Positions 10,081 to 23,309 of a stretch of DNA of 64,000 bases are shown here, one piece after another. The stretch's first letter is position 1; each line of letters begins with the position of its first letter. The notes under the pieces were generated by a model, which was not told where the DNA came from, did not search any database, and saw nothing but the letters and a program-made list of their open reading frames with translations. The DNA comes from Calcarisporiella thermophila CBS 279.70. Lineage: Eukaryota > Fungi > Calcarisporiellomycota. The translations under genes were made by a program, and so were the position numbers. Location of the stretch: the NCBI RefSeq assembly GCF_041956535.1, contig NW_027192214.1, forward strand, positions 97,687-161,686, in the 5' to 3' direction.

Positions 10081-11870
10081 TAAACATAAGAATGAATACG
10101 GATGGTGAGACCGAGCAATCAGAGAAGAAACAAGAAAATACCATTAAAATATCCAGTACCCCACAGACTCCTAATACCAAACCTCTAGAATCCAAAGTGT
10201 TCAGCGAAATATCCGGATTTGAACCATCCAGCGTGCCTGCCAAGAGGAGCCCCGAAATCAAGACGGTGAACCTGCAAGAATTCCTAGCTTCCCAGAAGAA
10301 CATGAAGTTCGACTTCAGTCCTACTAAATCGCCCACGCGCATCAATCATCCAACACGGAAAACTATCACTAAGCCAGAAAGCCCCTCAAAGACCAAGGCC
10401 CCCCCTAAAACTAAGGTAAAAACGGCCAGAAGTCCCAACGGATATGAGCTTAGATATATATTACAGCGACAGTAAATATCACTCTCTTTCAGCACCATTG
10501 CTTTCTGCATATCAAACGATATACGAGAGTAAAGAATAATTTTCTATCTACATTTCACTATCTTATATACTCAACCATTCAAATCAACCAACTCTAACAA
10601 TCTATCTACTTTCTTCTCACTTTTAAACCACTTCAAAATAGGCTAGGAGCAGTGCCCAAATGATTTTGACGTTGAGATTATCCTACCGTTTTAATTGTAC
10701 AGGATATTTTTCAATAAAAATTCTTTTGTTGAAAAATAAAGTTCGCCGACAATACTCCCCCATTACTTTTCTTATACATACCAAGGGTAAGTCAGGAGCA
10801 AAACCTGGGCAATTTTGGCGTAGTAGTTTACCCTATCTCTAACTAAATAGGACTTATTCAATATAAGGGCCATAGTTAAAAAGAGCTTGCTGACAAATCA
10901 CATTGACCTCGAGTGACCTTGTAGATTGGAGTCCCGCAGTCGAATTCTAGGTTGTGTTTCGATTCCCGCAGGCGACGCTTGCCCTTATCTCCGATGAGCG
11001 TTTGCCTAATAATTTTTTCAGGACTAAATGTCTATCGATAGCTTAATAGCAGGCAAGCAAAATCAAACAAATAAATGGTTCCTACAAACATTGGTACCAA
11101 ACAATCTTTTAGAGAGATCCAAATACAAAGTGGGAGGCAAGTGGCAATATTAGGGTAATTTCAACGTGGAAGTCTACCCTCCATTCCAATTAGATAAATT
11201 ATCGAATAAACTGCCAATGGAGCATTCAAAGATTAAATCGCCTTACGATATTATTTCTGTTGATATAGTATATAGTAATATAGCAAGATACAAAAGGTGT
11301 AGTGCTAGCCCGTCAGCTAGATTCCGTTTGCCGCTACAGCCATATCGAGGGGCCAAACTGAGAATAAAAAGCGATCCACCTTGGTTTTCTCCCAGTATGA
11401 TCCCCTGTTCGAAAAACCCATTGTAAGAAGATCACAATAACTCGAGCAAAGTCATCCTCATTCTATCAGCCGTAGTGCTGAAATACACTCATTATTAGTG
11501 TAATCTTTGAATACTCCTCACTATCAATCAAAGTTTTTATTTTATTTTATTTGTAATTTTTTCTCCCTTCATGTATCAAGGCGAGACTCCGAATCCAAAA
11601 GCGATCATAGGGGGCTAAATAAGGTGTATGATTTATTATATTATAAATAATTTACTGTGTTTTACTTGTCAATCTAATAATTTCAATAAAAGTTGAAAGG
11701 AATAAAAAAAGACAATAAAGTATAAAAAACAATCTATAAGATCACGCATTTCCTTCTATGCTGTCGCATAATACCTTGGCCCCATCCTAGGCTAGAAACC
11801 CTTTTTCCCCGGCTTGGGAGTTTTCATAAGCATTTTCTATCGCCAAAAAAATTGGCCTTTACAGCGGACA

Positions 11871-14800
11871 TCACTCCAGATCGTCCTCCCTCACATCCAC
11901 CTCCACTTTTCCGAGCTGCGAACCGAACTGCACCTCGATCACAAGCTTTCCCGAATTTCTTACTACGTTGAGTTGAGAGAGGAGGGCATTGACATCTGCG
12001 CGTGTTGCATCGCGTAACTTGACCTCGTCGGCACTTAGCTCAGATCCTCGGTTGCCCCAGCGGAAAGTTGGACCATTGATGTTTCCAAGCGAGTACACCT
12101 TTACGGCGGCGCTCTTCACTTGAGCAGGCCCTCCCTGCACGAATATCAGATCAAGTCCTTGGAATGCCCCTCGAGGTTTCCGGATAATATCGTCGATTGA
12201 TTTCCCGCCGTAATATCCAGGGGTCGAGTCCGTGGTGGGATGGGAGGTGTACGCCGCACGCACCTTTCGCTTTCCTTCGCTATCCTCACCAGAATCAGCA
12301 CCACTCTCAAGCGAGGCCGCATCGGGCTCGTCTTCCAAATAAATCATGCTAGGTCCGACGAGGTTGAACGGGTACTCCTTGGGGGGCGCCATCCACTTGC
12401 GTTTCCCATCGGGCAACGTGGTCAGCTCCGAATGGGGCATACCGAGGCTAAATCTGCGCATAATCAAATCCACAACCGAGCCGGCTTGCACGGGTAGACC
12501 ATTCGTCATCTTCCCAAACAAATGCAAACTCCAAGCGTCTTTTTCCATGGCTCGGAGCTCCTCCCCGGCGTCGATGCTTGGCTTGAGAGTCCGGTCCACC
12601 TCCACATAGTTGAGGGGATAGAGCACGCGCGTCGGAAGAATTGTGAAGCCATTCGACTCCAGAAGAGGTCGCTGGGCGCGCACGTGTGTGGTGATCGCAC
12701 GAGGTCCCACGCAATTGAAGCAGTCCGCAGAATATTTGGAGGAGAAGGCTGCCTCCGCAACCTCTCTGAACACGCGCCATCCCCGCCGGAACCGCATTAC
12801 CCCCGGGGCAAGATAGGTGCCCTCGCTATCAAGGGTCCACTCCGTGTCACTGCGCACATCGCTTCGGTCGGCCCCGATGAATTCCACATGCTCTGCGGGA
12901 GGTGCGCGCAGCCAGAGCGCATCCATATCCATATACATTCCTCCGTACTTGTAGAGCAACATATAGCGCATATAATCTGTGAGATGGGAGAAGAAGTATC
13001 GCCCCCGCGACCACCGATCCCATTCACGGACCCACTGCTCCGAGTTCTGCCCCAGGAACCAGCGGTACTCAAGCATCAGGTCGCGATTGACGTGCACCAC
13101 ATGCACGCGGTATCCATTCTGGGTGTATGACGAGAAAAAGTCCTCAGGCAGGGTCGTGGTAATGACCATGACGACCGCGCGCGGAGTGTGGGCCCAAATC
13201 AATTCGAGCGCCTTAAAGTGCCGCTCGCCGAAGGTCGATGGATCCGTGGTCCAACAGACCCAGTGCAGGAGGTGCCATTCCTCCGTCTCGGAAAGCGTGG
13301 ACGTCTCGCGATTTAGCAGTCCAGGGACAATCCACCTATCGTCGGTGGGCGGCTCTAGCGGGTCTCTCGCCTGCTGCGGGAGATCAGAGGATCCCGAGGG
13401 CTTTGAGTCGAGAAGGCTGATTCCCCTCAGCTCATCGCAGTCATACCCCCACTCCCGCCAATGATTCACTCGGTCCTTGCACGGATAGCAGTAGGCACAG
13501 TACTGTTGTCGGAACCCCTCGCACATCCGCCTGCCCGCCAGAACATTAGCAAGCATCTTATGACGACTCTCCCGAGGCTCGTAGGTGTCCGAGAAATGCT
13601 TTGCAATCATGTCGTCTTCGCACACATCTGCCTGCTGGATCCGTTTGTCGTGGATGGGGCGGATGTTGTACGGATAGAGCCAAACGCCCAAATTCTGGTC
13701 CTCATTTCGGGTGTAGAGCCGGGGCTCGCTCGCCAGCAACGCAACCACATCCTGGGACAAAATGTACATCGCCCCGGCCGTAAACTGTGGAAACATGGGG
13801 AGTTGGTAGTCGAACTCGGCGTTTTTGTTGTTGGGGTTTCTTATCGGGGGAATATCGTGGTAGGCCAGCCCCCTCCAATAATAAGGCTGCTTGGGCACCT
13901 GGAGGAGTTCTCTGCTGACGGTATCCAGCCGTACAAAAATGTCATCGTCTGTTTTGACCAGGTAGTCGAAGTCGTACCCGCTGCTCCATACAAGCGCTTT
14001 ATGGAGTTTTTTGCTAAGGTCATTGTACCCATCGGAGGCAGGCACAATCAAAATGTCGCCATGTTGCTTCGACTCTTCTTCGATGCGGGCCCCCATTTTA
14101 CGGTGCACTTGAGCAGAAGGCGGCTCCCCAATGACAAATCGATAATCGAAGGAGACCTCAGCCGAGAGTGGAGGCGCTAGGCGCAGGGTGGTTTCGCGGA
14201 ACTCTTGGCGCTTTTCGAGGCCCCGGGGAGTCCACGACGACAACACCAGCATGAGGATCCTTGTGTTCGCAGGGTGCAACTGCGTAAGATTCTTGCCGAC
14301 ACTATGTGCGAAATGAGACTGCGTGGAAATTAAATCGGAACGATAGGGTAGTGTGGTCTGCATGTTTAACAGGCATCCGCTGGTGATCAGTAAAAACAGG
14401 CATCCCGGCAGCAGGATATATCGGAAAATCGATGCCCTTCCATTTTCGCCAGCCCGCTTTCCCTCTTCCAGGAAGTCCCCAACTTTACCGTACTGGCCGT
14501 TAGAGGTGAGGCGTTGCACGTGCGCGCCTGCGAGCAGTAAACAAACACCCATCCATTGTAAACCAATATTACTGGTGAATGCTGCGAAAATGTATGGAAT
14601 AATCCAGAGAGCAAGAACAAGTGCGGCAAGTCGCAGAAGCGCAGAGAGATGACCATATATGTGCAACCAGCGTAAATGGAGTTCATTGATGAGCCACCAT
14701 GACCAAAAGCCTGCGAGCAAGCACTATAAATACAAGACAACGTTAAATTTTATTTTCCTTCATGCTGCTTGTCGGTCGCGATAGAAATAAGTGATATTTA

Positions 14801-15102
14801 CCCAGAAAGATGCAAGGTAATATGTTAAAGGGAATGCTTTTACTACCGTCAAGTTCCACGATTCCTGTCTAGACATGTTCCATGCCGTTGTCATTCCGTA
14901 AAGGAATCCAAGAACTGCTGGCATAATCCCGACTACTTTTAACAAGCCAACAAGCCATGGCTGTTCACGTGTGCGGAATGAAGACGATCGAAAGGGTAGC
15001 GTCGATGAGATATATTGCTTCTATTGAATATGAAAGGCACATGGAATCAGATCATCTAGGCTTAGAATATGAACATAGATGTTAGTCATTTACCACCACC
15101 AT
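11871..15102 (-). CDS. Membrane-anchored fusion glycosyltransferase: EOS1-like TM domain + GT31 + GT32
   Basis: GT31 motifs (RFVIG, EEES..HGDI, LVKTDDD, EDQNLG); GT32 motifs (DYMRYMLLYKYGGMYMDMD, GPRAIT, YPLNY); N-terminal ASFW|CLLAGFWSWWLINELHLRWL..Y...ALLRL resembles EOS1. Introns 14724-14801 and 15021-15093 predicted; start exon tentative. Confidence 0.85.
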
Positions 15103-17263
15103 CGTCGTCGGGCCAACCGGATTATCCGTTTAGTGTCAACAAAATTAGAATAATGTTAAGTAATAATACAAAAAAAGAGGTAGAAAGAGGGGAGGAGAGT
15201 GAGAGTGAGAGTGAGAGAATGGAAACTAAGGGATGGCAATTGAGGAGCAAAAGATTCCTATAACTGACAGAACATCAAGGTAGAATGTCAATTCAATGGT
15301 ATAGCACTCTGAGGAAAACAACAAATAGCACTAGAGGTTGAATCGTTACTAAACGATACACAATGAGGAGTATTAGTTTGGATAAAGAGAAGGTAATTGA
15401 GTACCAGAGGGATTGGGGGAAGGGGGAATCGAGATGGGAACTATTTTGCTATTGCAATTGGAATCTATAAACAAGATGGAGAACAGTGAGCAAGTAAGGA
15501 GAGGAAAAGCGTGCACGGTTTCGAGCGGTTTCGCAACCCTATTTGTCCGAAATTTCGAAGTTTATTTTGATCGTACAGACACTTCTGAAATCCGCCGTTC
15601 TTTTGGAAGAGCCGGATTGCGGAGCGCAATCTGAGCTGCTGACTAGAGAGCGTCCCTCTGTTGTATCGATGGGTGTTCTAGTGATGTCCAGCACGGCCAG
15701 CCCAGCTACACTCGATCTCACAGCTCTCCTCCAAAGATTTGGTAAGACCCCATAACATGGGTCAGAAACTGACGTTCTATCCAAGGCAGTCCAAGCCTCG
15801 TCATTGAGGCGTGAGTAATTTGTGGCAGAATTACTCTCAAAACTTTTCGGCCAAACTCCGTGGTATTATCAAGAGGCGATCAGCGCTGGGAAGATCGCAG
15901 CAACGAACTCAGAAGTCCTATGGCATTCATCCTCTTCTGCAAGCCCCCCCCCCTCACGCGTTAGTGCTGGCCTACAGGATGTCCTTTGGCCCCGTGTGAT
16001 CCGAGACTTCTTTCATCCGGACACCCGCTTAAACCTGATAAGCTCTCTTTTCCACGGGAGATTTCTAGTGGATCTGGCAAGCTTGGCTCCCTGGCACCGC
16101 ACTATCGGGTGTTGCCTTCCACCCTATACACAGAATGCAAGTCTATCTTGTCTCTTAGCCAATACGACTCTGTGCCCACTACAAATGGCTATGGTCCACC
16201 CAATTGTGTGGCTTATTATACTAATATAGGCTTAGCCTGCTACAACATGACAGCGTCTAACTAACTGCGTATGACAGCCAACCTTGACCTAAGTGGATAT
16301 CTGCAGGAGAAAGTGGGGATAGTTGGTGCGGTTGATTTGTGATTAGTGGAACTCTCTAGCGCGTGTTCGGCAGGAAAAGCTGGCTACGATCGGTTAAACA
16401 GTGGAGCAGAGCTTAAGGAGGGCTTGGCCGAGCAATTAATGCGAGTGGGCCTAAAAGAGTTAAGTAGGCTATCCCCCGGCAATTCGGGGGGATACATGAG
16501 GAAATTGACGAATTTGGAAGCACTCACGCAATTCATATTTTGTCGGGCGCACGTTCCATCCACACTCTATTCTCTTCCTTAGAATTGGCTAAGATTGTTG
16601 CAGTCAGATAACGCGAGCCGGAGGTACATTTGAGGAGACGTTTTCAAGACTGAAAACGGCCGAGCCGATTTCCTTTTCCCATACACTCTATTCGCGTTGC
16701 TCAACTCTCCCCGGGCCGGACTCAGAACAGCAGATTACTATGATGTTTAGGCCTACTGCATTACTATATCGGAGGCTGCACTCTCGATCGCTACGCAACC
16801 CTAAAAATCTGGGCCCGTGGCCGCTGTTCCATTGCCAACTTGCCCGGCCCACCGGCCGCCTTAAGAAGGCGGCGGCGGGCAAGCACGAACGGTCAAGAAG
16901 AAGGCCCGGCTCGGATCGCAACCGGGGGAATGCTTCAGAGGGGACCGAGGATTGGAAAGAGAGCGGGAGGAAACAGGGATGACGCAAGCAATTTTCAACT
17001 GATAAAAGAAAAAAAGGGGATCGGCGGTCTAGCATGTTTACCCGATAGGTTCTAGATCGTGAAAAGCCGTATCTAATGAGGAAATTAGAGCTTTCGGATG
17101 GGGAGCAGCAAATGTGTCAGATATTTATAATTCCTGCATTGAGACACGCGATTAGATAGAGAATTAATTTGGGGAAAGCCTGTATTGACTTCCCAACCTC
17201 CCTTATCTTTTCGCAAGCAAACCTTGCCATTCCAAGTTACTCACCCCCACCGCCTTTTCTAAC

Positions 17264-18601
17264 ATGCCCGTTCTGACGGCGCCAATCCTCACCTTCTCGC
17301 CCAGCACCCTAGACCAGCTGAGCTCCATCGATGTCGATGGCTTATGCTCCATGTGGACAGGTAAATCTCCCTTTGCTTTCACCCTTATGGAGAGCGGCTA
17401 GCTCCCGCCTTCCTCCTTCCCTCCTCAGATCATTGACCCCGGAACTTGCCCATTCCTAGTCTTCACAAAGTGCAAGCAGAGCCTGGATCAGGGCCACCGC
17501 CTAGAGAACCTCTCCTGGCGATTATGGTATCGTGAGATCAATGCTTTAGACTCTCTGTTGCCCCAGTCAAAGCATGAAGAGCGTGTCGCTAGCCCTCCGT
17601 TGGCGGTGTCGCCGAAATCGTTTCAGAGGATACTTTCATCGTCTATTCCCTCCCATTTTTCCTCCTCCTTCTCCTCCTCCAGCTGCTTAGTTCCGACCTC
17701 CCACTCTCAAATGGCACCGGCAAAATCCGGAACCGACCCACAACATGCAAGCTCATGGCATCCCTCCACGGCCCCGCCAAATGAACTGGCAACCGCTACT
17801 GCCCCCGAGCTTGATCATAACATCGTCTCTTCTTTCGATTCCTCGATCTGCTCTTTCTCATCCTCCACTTCCTCACAAGGCACCCTTGTCGGCTTCCACG
17901 AAAAGCATACAAATACCCCCTACCGCTTCCGCCCCAACTCGGACGCCGGTTCCAATCCTAGCAACAGCCACTCTAGGCGTCCATCGGCACATAGACAAAA
18001 CAGTAGCACTCGCTTCTTCATCCACAAGGATCCCGAGGAGCAGGAGGATGACTTTGAGGATATGGACGACGATATTTCCGACTATGATGATGGCGAGGAA
18101 CTCCCGGTCCCATCTGCCCCGCCGCCATCGATGAACTCCCTCGAATGCACTCCACCCCCCATCACCGCCACCAGGGTCGCCACCACAGACATTCTTTTTG
18201 AGAAGATAGACATACGGCAGGTGGTGCCTCAGCGCTCGCTTCTCTCTGCTCAGCTGCAACAATGCGACCGCCCCTCCCTCCACCCGACCCCAATCCGATA
18301 CCATGAGCGCGATGGCCCTCGCCCAAGGCTGGAGCAGCAGCGACTTATGCGCTCAAAACCATCCATCCGCCAGGATCTCCATGCTCTTGAAAAGCGCTGC
18401 GTCCGGTTTGTTGAAGCGGACTTTGCGTGCGAAGAAGAGCCCACACAGGCAAATAGAGCTGCTTCGGACCTGTCCCAGAGCGTTCAACGTAGTCTCTGGA
18501 GAGAAAGATTATTTAAACCACGCCCTGGCGAATGCCGAAGTACAAATGAGATAGATGAAGGGGAGACAGCGAACCCTGTCTTTTGTGAGGAGGGCTGGTA
18601 A
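17264..18601 (+). CDS. DUF1752 (AreA N-terminal-like) domain protein with DUF3295-like C-terminus
   Basis: Spliced (intron 17361-17459) SMWT|VFTKCKQSLDQGHRLENLSWRLW; RSLLS and DLSQSVQRSLWRER motifs; terminal GW. Confidence 0.88.
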
Positions 18602-19041
18602 TACAGCGCTTCTCTATTTAATTTTTTAGGGAAAAAATTCCACATGTTTTCGATGCTCCGTGTATATAAATCTCTTTCTAGTTTAATTGATAAACACTCT
18701 GCTTTTGCTCTCTATTTTCCATGTAAACATGCTGCTTTTATTATTATTATTTTCTTTCTTGTTTTCCCCGTTTTCTCCTATGGATGTTAATTTTTCCTCT
18801 TTCTTTCCTCTATTAGCCTGCTTTCTAGGTCTTCTCACTTAATCTCACTGGATACTTCACACTAGTTGGATAATGGACATCTCCCAAGAAGAGCATAATA
18901 AATCTCCCCCAGCTTAAACCAGAAAGCATAGGAAAGAAATGGGGCCGCTTTTATGGCTTAAAAGTCTTTATTACCATAGGATAAATTACAAAAGAATTGA
19001 ATCGCAAACAAATGTTTTTTTTTTTTCACTCTCAGGAGTGG

Positions 19042-20265
19042 TCATTTTGACTCGAGCGCAACCCGGGGTGACTGCTGGTCTCGCATCACCTCCCGCCACT
19101 GCTTCAACACGTGCTGCGCAGCCTCCTCTCGCCCGTGTCTGAGGTGCTGTCGGATCAGGTCTCGGAACATGCTTCCGAGGGGATTCACGCTATAGACCTC
19201 GCGCATGGCACGCATCACCTTCCAAGCCGTACTTGTTCTGTCCCGCTTGAGGGTCTCGTGCCGCACTAAGTAGCGGAATGTAATGATGTTGGGCTGGAGG
19301 TTGTAGGGTGGTTGCTGCATCTCGTTGAAGATCCGCCGGGCGGTGCGCATATCCGAGCGCTCGCATAGCCAGCGGATGAGCGTGTTGAAGGTGTCGAGAT
19401 TCGGAATAACCTTATATTCTTCGCGCATCATCTGCTCGTAACATCGTACCATGCTGCGCACCTCTCCGCTTTCGCCCAGGGCGCTGAGAAGGGCATTGAA
19501 GGTTTTGACCGTGGGGACCAGGAGACCATTTTCTCGTGTCTTCCCAAACGCTTGATTGAAAACCCGCATGGCAGCCGAAGCATTCCGCACTCCGCCGTAC
19601 ATCTCAATCATGGCCTCATGAGTGAAGGCAGTGGGTCGCACTTTAGCATCGCGTATCTCACTGTAGATCCAGGTAGCCAGGTCAACGTCGCGGCGCCGCA
19701 CCGCAGCATAAAGGTAGAGGTTGTATGAGTGTACATTGGGGGTTATGTTCAACTCGCGCATACGAGACCAGTAGGTTTCGCATCCATGAGCATCCTTCAC
19801 ACGGCCAAAAAATTCTAGAAGGAAATTGAAGTCGCGCACATCCGGCTTATGGCCAAGCGATTGCATTCTCTCCAGCACATACAAAATTCGGTCACGACAT
19901 CGCTCTATTTCTGCAGATCCGTAATCGATGTAGTTTTTCAACCGAAAGCTTCTCAAGGCCTCGCTATGGTCTTCTGCGGTAAGCAGTCTAATATTGCCAC
20001 CCTCATCAAGCGCAACATAGGTCTTCCACACTAGATTCTGATCGCGTCGCTGGATTGCGTTGAGTAGCTGGTGTACTTGTGGATGGTGTGCTTCAGGTCG
20101 ACGAGAAAGTGCAAATTTCGGGGATTTGGTTCGAGGATGGGAGGTGTGGGTTGAGGCGAGCCGTCTTGCAAGATGGGGGGGAGGTCGGAGGAAAGAGGAT
20201 GATGGGGAGGTGAAAAGTGAGCGGAAATTAAAAGCTAAAAAAGTGGCAGCCCGTTTTGTTGCCAT
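19042..20265 (-). CDS. Pentatricopeptide repeat protein, probably mitochondrial
   Basis: Repeated PPR motifs (PDVRDFNFLL, PNVHSYN, PTVKTFNALL, PNLDTFNTLI); Arg/Ser-rich N-terminal presequence. Confidence 0.9.
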   Translation of the reverse strand: MATKRAATFLAFNFRSLFTSPSSSFLRPPPHLARRLASTHTSHPRTKSPKFALSRRPEAHHPQVHQLLNAIQRRDQNLVWKTYVALDEGGNIRLLTAEDHSEALRSFRLKNYIDYGSAEIERCRDRILYVLERMQSLGHKPDVRDFNFLLEFFGRVKDAHGCETYWSRMRELNITPNVHSYNLYLYAAVRRRDVDLATWIYSEIRDAKVRPTAFTHEAMIEMYGGVRNASAAMRVFNQAFGKTRENGLLVPTVKTFNALLSALGESGEVRSMVRCYEQMMREEYKVIPNLDTFNTLIRWLCERSDMRTARRIFNEMQQPPYNLQPNIITFRYLVRHETLKRDRTSTAWKVMRAMREVYSVNPLGSMFRDLIRQHLRHGREEAAQHVLKQWREVMRDQQSPRVALESK

Positions 20266-20842
20266 GTCTATGTATATGTGGGTGGGGAATGGAATCTAAT
20301 GATTAATGGCCAGCACTCCCCTGCAACTTTGTAAAAAAAAAATTGTTTTCTGTTGAAAATTTGATGACGATTCAGGAGCAGCTGCGCCTCGGGACAATTT
20401 TCGCAAGGTTTTGTTGTATCTATATTAGGAAAACACTTTGGTTTTACTTGAACACAGTGGACGGAGTCAAAAGTCCATAAGCATATGATCAACTAAACAG
20501 GAATTTTTTCCGAGCGCAACTACTTCAAATAAGTGTACTCATAGTAGTGTGTTTTATTACAAAGGTGATGCAAAAGGCTTTACCTGGCACGCTATGTTTG
20601 TAGTTTGTAGATCTATATATCAAGCCTCTTTGTGCATTAATTGAATATTCTATATGAAACTGTCAAAAAGCCTAAAGTCAAAAGACTATCCAAAAGACTT
20701 AACACTACCGTAAAGAGAAGTGATAAATATTGTGTAAATAAAAAAGAAAGAAGGATCACGAAGCCGATCGACTAGAAAGTCACTCATTCAACAAAATAAT
20801 ACAGGGGTAGTATAAAAAAAATGGGAGGAAAGTGCGAACGCG

Positions 20843-22504
20843 TTAAAGCTTTTTGAAAGGATTAGGGTCTACCATGAATCTCAAGGCCAAAATGAAGAGG
20901 GAAGAGAAAATGGTGATGGCACCGCAGAATTCGGCGAGGGGGAGAAAACTCGTGTGTCCAGTGATATCGAAGAGGGCGCCGGCAATTGGGGTGCCAAACA
21001 GATTTCCAAACAGATTCACAAAGTAAATCACTCCAATCGCCGGTCCGAGGTCTTTGGGGGGGACGAGATCGGCAATCACCGCCGGATAAAGCGAGATATA
21101 ACCGCCACCAAAGAATCCGTAGAGAATCCCAAAGGCCATCAGGGAGCCAAGATTGTTCGCAAATGGCCACAGAGCCATGGATAGAACCCCTGCTATTACC
21201 GTGCAAAGAAACATAGTGTTAATGCGTCCGAAATGGTCCGCCGACATGCCAATGATAATGCGGGCTATACTGTTCACGCCACTCATGATCCCTTGGGTAG
21301 CAAATCTTGTTAGCCCTTGTTAAGAGAAAACAAATATCGGCTCACTGTACTTACCAGTCAATGCGGCAGACATGTTCACACTTACTCCGATAAATCGGGC
21401 ATTTGTGACCATCATAAAGAAGGGGGCAAGGTATCCAAACGTGATAAAGAACCCGCAGAAGACAAGCATGAGTAGTTTTCGGTCGACAATGCTAAAATCG
21501 AACATCCTCCTGAATGGCGATGGCTCCCCCGATTTCCGAGCGGGGCGCTGGATTGCGTAGAGAGGTTTGGTGAGCAGGGTTGCAATAGAGAGAAAAATCA
21601 ACGTCCATAGAGCAAGTACGCGTAGAGACCACCCGTATCCAACATCATTGATGACGCGGCGTATCATGTTAGAGAGACAAAGCCCTCCAATGCCGCCCCC
21701 GGAGATAGCAATGCCGATTGCCAACCCCCGACGCCTCTTGAACCATTGCTGGGTAATAGTGACCGGAGGAAAAAAGCTGATGGAGGACCCAATTCCGAAC
21801 AGGACCCCTTGGGTGAGAAAGAGTTGCCAATACTAACATAATTGATTATAAGTAACAAAGGCGTGTTAGCCCAAGGCGAGTTTCACCCTTCAATCCGACC
21901 ATTTGGATACTACCTGAGTGGAAAAACTAGCAAGCAGCAATCCTAGGGTGCTCAGCATCGTGCCGATGGCCATTGTCCATCGCACCCCGATGATCGTTAC
22001 AAGCGGGGCGACGAACGGACCCATCGAGAAGAGGAGCGCGGCGGCCAAGGAGCCAATAAATGACACTTGCAGTGTAGAGTATTGCATTTGGAACAGGTTC
22101 ACCATGTACTCTTGCTGGTAAACACTCCAGCAATACGTAGTGCCAAAGACCACAAAGTTCCTTTAAGAAAAGCATCAATGGGCATTGAATTTAAAATTTC
22201 AAGAACGCCACAAAGATAGTACGTACGATAAAAAGGTTGCAAGCACAATAAACCAGCCGTAGCCACCTTCAGGTGGCTCAGGAGAGCCTCCAGGCACACA
22301 AGCGGGCCCTTTTTCCTCGTCCATGATACTGGATTTTTCATCTCGTGCCTTGCCTGCAGTGGCAGTATCTCCATGTATCCTTTCCCGGCCATATTCACCA
22401 AGATGATTATCTAGAGTCTTGTCCCGAGAGTTATTCTCCATAATATTCTCGTTATCCACAGTATCACTATCGGAAATGTTGATATTATCCTCATATTTGG
22501 CCAT
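20843..22504 (-). CDS. MFS monocarboxylate-porter-like transporter (MCH family)
   Basis: PPEGGYGW, QWFKRRRGLAIGIA, ARIIIGMSADHFGR, GTPIAG; three GT-AG introns. Confidence 0.92.
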
Positions 22505-23309
22505 TACTAAATTGGTATTATTCTATAATGGAGAAGCTGCTACTCTCTAGGGATGAAAGGAAAATGCTTGAAACTACCCAAATCCATACGCGATCTATCT
22601 AAATGGCCTCTCGTTTTATAGATCCAAGGCTAATTAGAAATGATGTTAGAATCGTCCAATATATTCCAGCCCCGAGTTTTTTAGTCGTATCAACTTCTTA
22701 ATCCGCACTCTTCGAGAGAAGTTGAATCAGTTGTCAATAAGATTTTCTTGTTCAAACCCAGACAAAAAGCTATGCCCGAGAAAATTGAAAAATAGATCAC
22801 CTTTTTTAGCAACCCCCAAGATTAAATAATCCGAAAATTACGAAAACAAAATGCCATTATAATCTAAATGAAAAAAAAAAATAACCAATTCAACCCTATA
22901 TCGATTGCCTTGAACGCTATCGAGAATAGCTTCTAAGGCCTACAACCGAGAGTTGAGTGCGGATTTATCCCATTCAAGTATCCTTGTATTGCGAGGTTCA
23001 ACTAAGAGTAAAACATTACTAATGAAGCGTTCAAATTGATCAGTAACCTATCCTCAAGTGAATTCTAAGGCGATCTTGTCAATTATTTACATGAGAAAAG
23101 ATCCATTAGAAGACTAAGAAAAGTGCAATACATAATGCTACAAAGTAAGTACGAGGGCTCGTTTGATTAATATTATTCAGGTTCCTCTTGGTGTCAGTGC
23201 TACTCAGGTTTGCCATTGTGTGTCAAAGGTTATGTCTAGGACGGGGAGAGTGTGATGTGTGGCCTCTTTTGCTTGTCACCCGCACCAACATGGTTGGGGA
23301 GCGAGGGAT

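Noticed and set aside
9473-10101. CRISPR-like or tRNA-Sec interpretation of the triple direct repeat and tRNA head
   Set aside because: Eukaryotic context, 240-340 bp intervening units that are homologous to each other, and no UCA anticodon.
10868-10980. B-box-like GTTTCGATTCC with a tRNA-Ser-like 3' end
   Set aside because: No A box at a suitable distance and no cloverleaf.
22700-22965. 11-bp inverted repeat AATCCGCACTC/GAGTGCGGATT as MITE termini
   Set aside because: Short, no convincing TSD, single occurrence; could be promoter motifs or chance.
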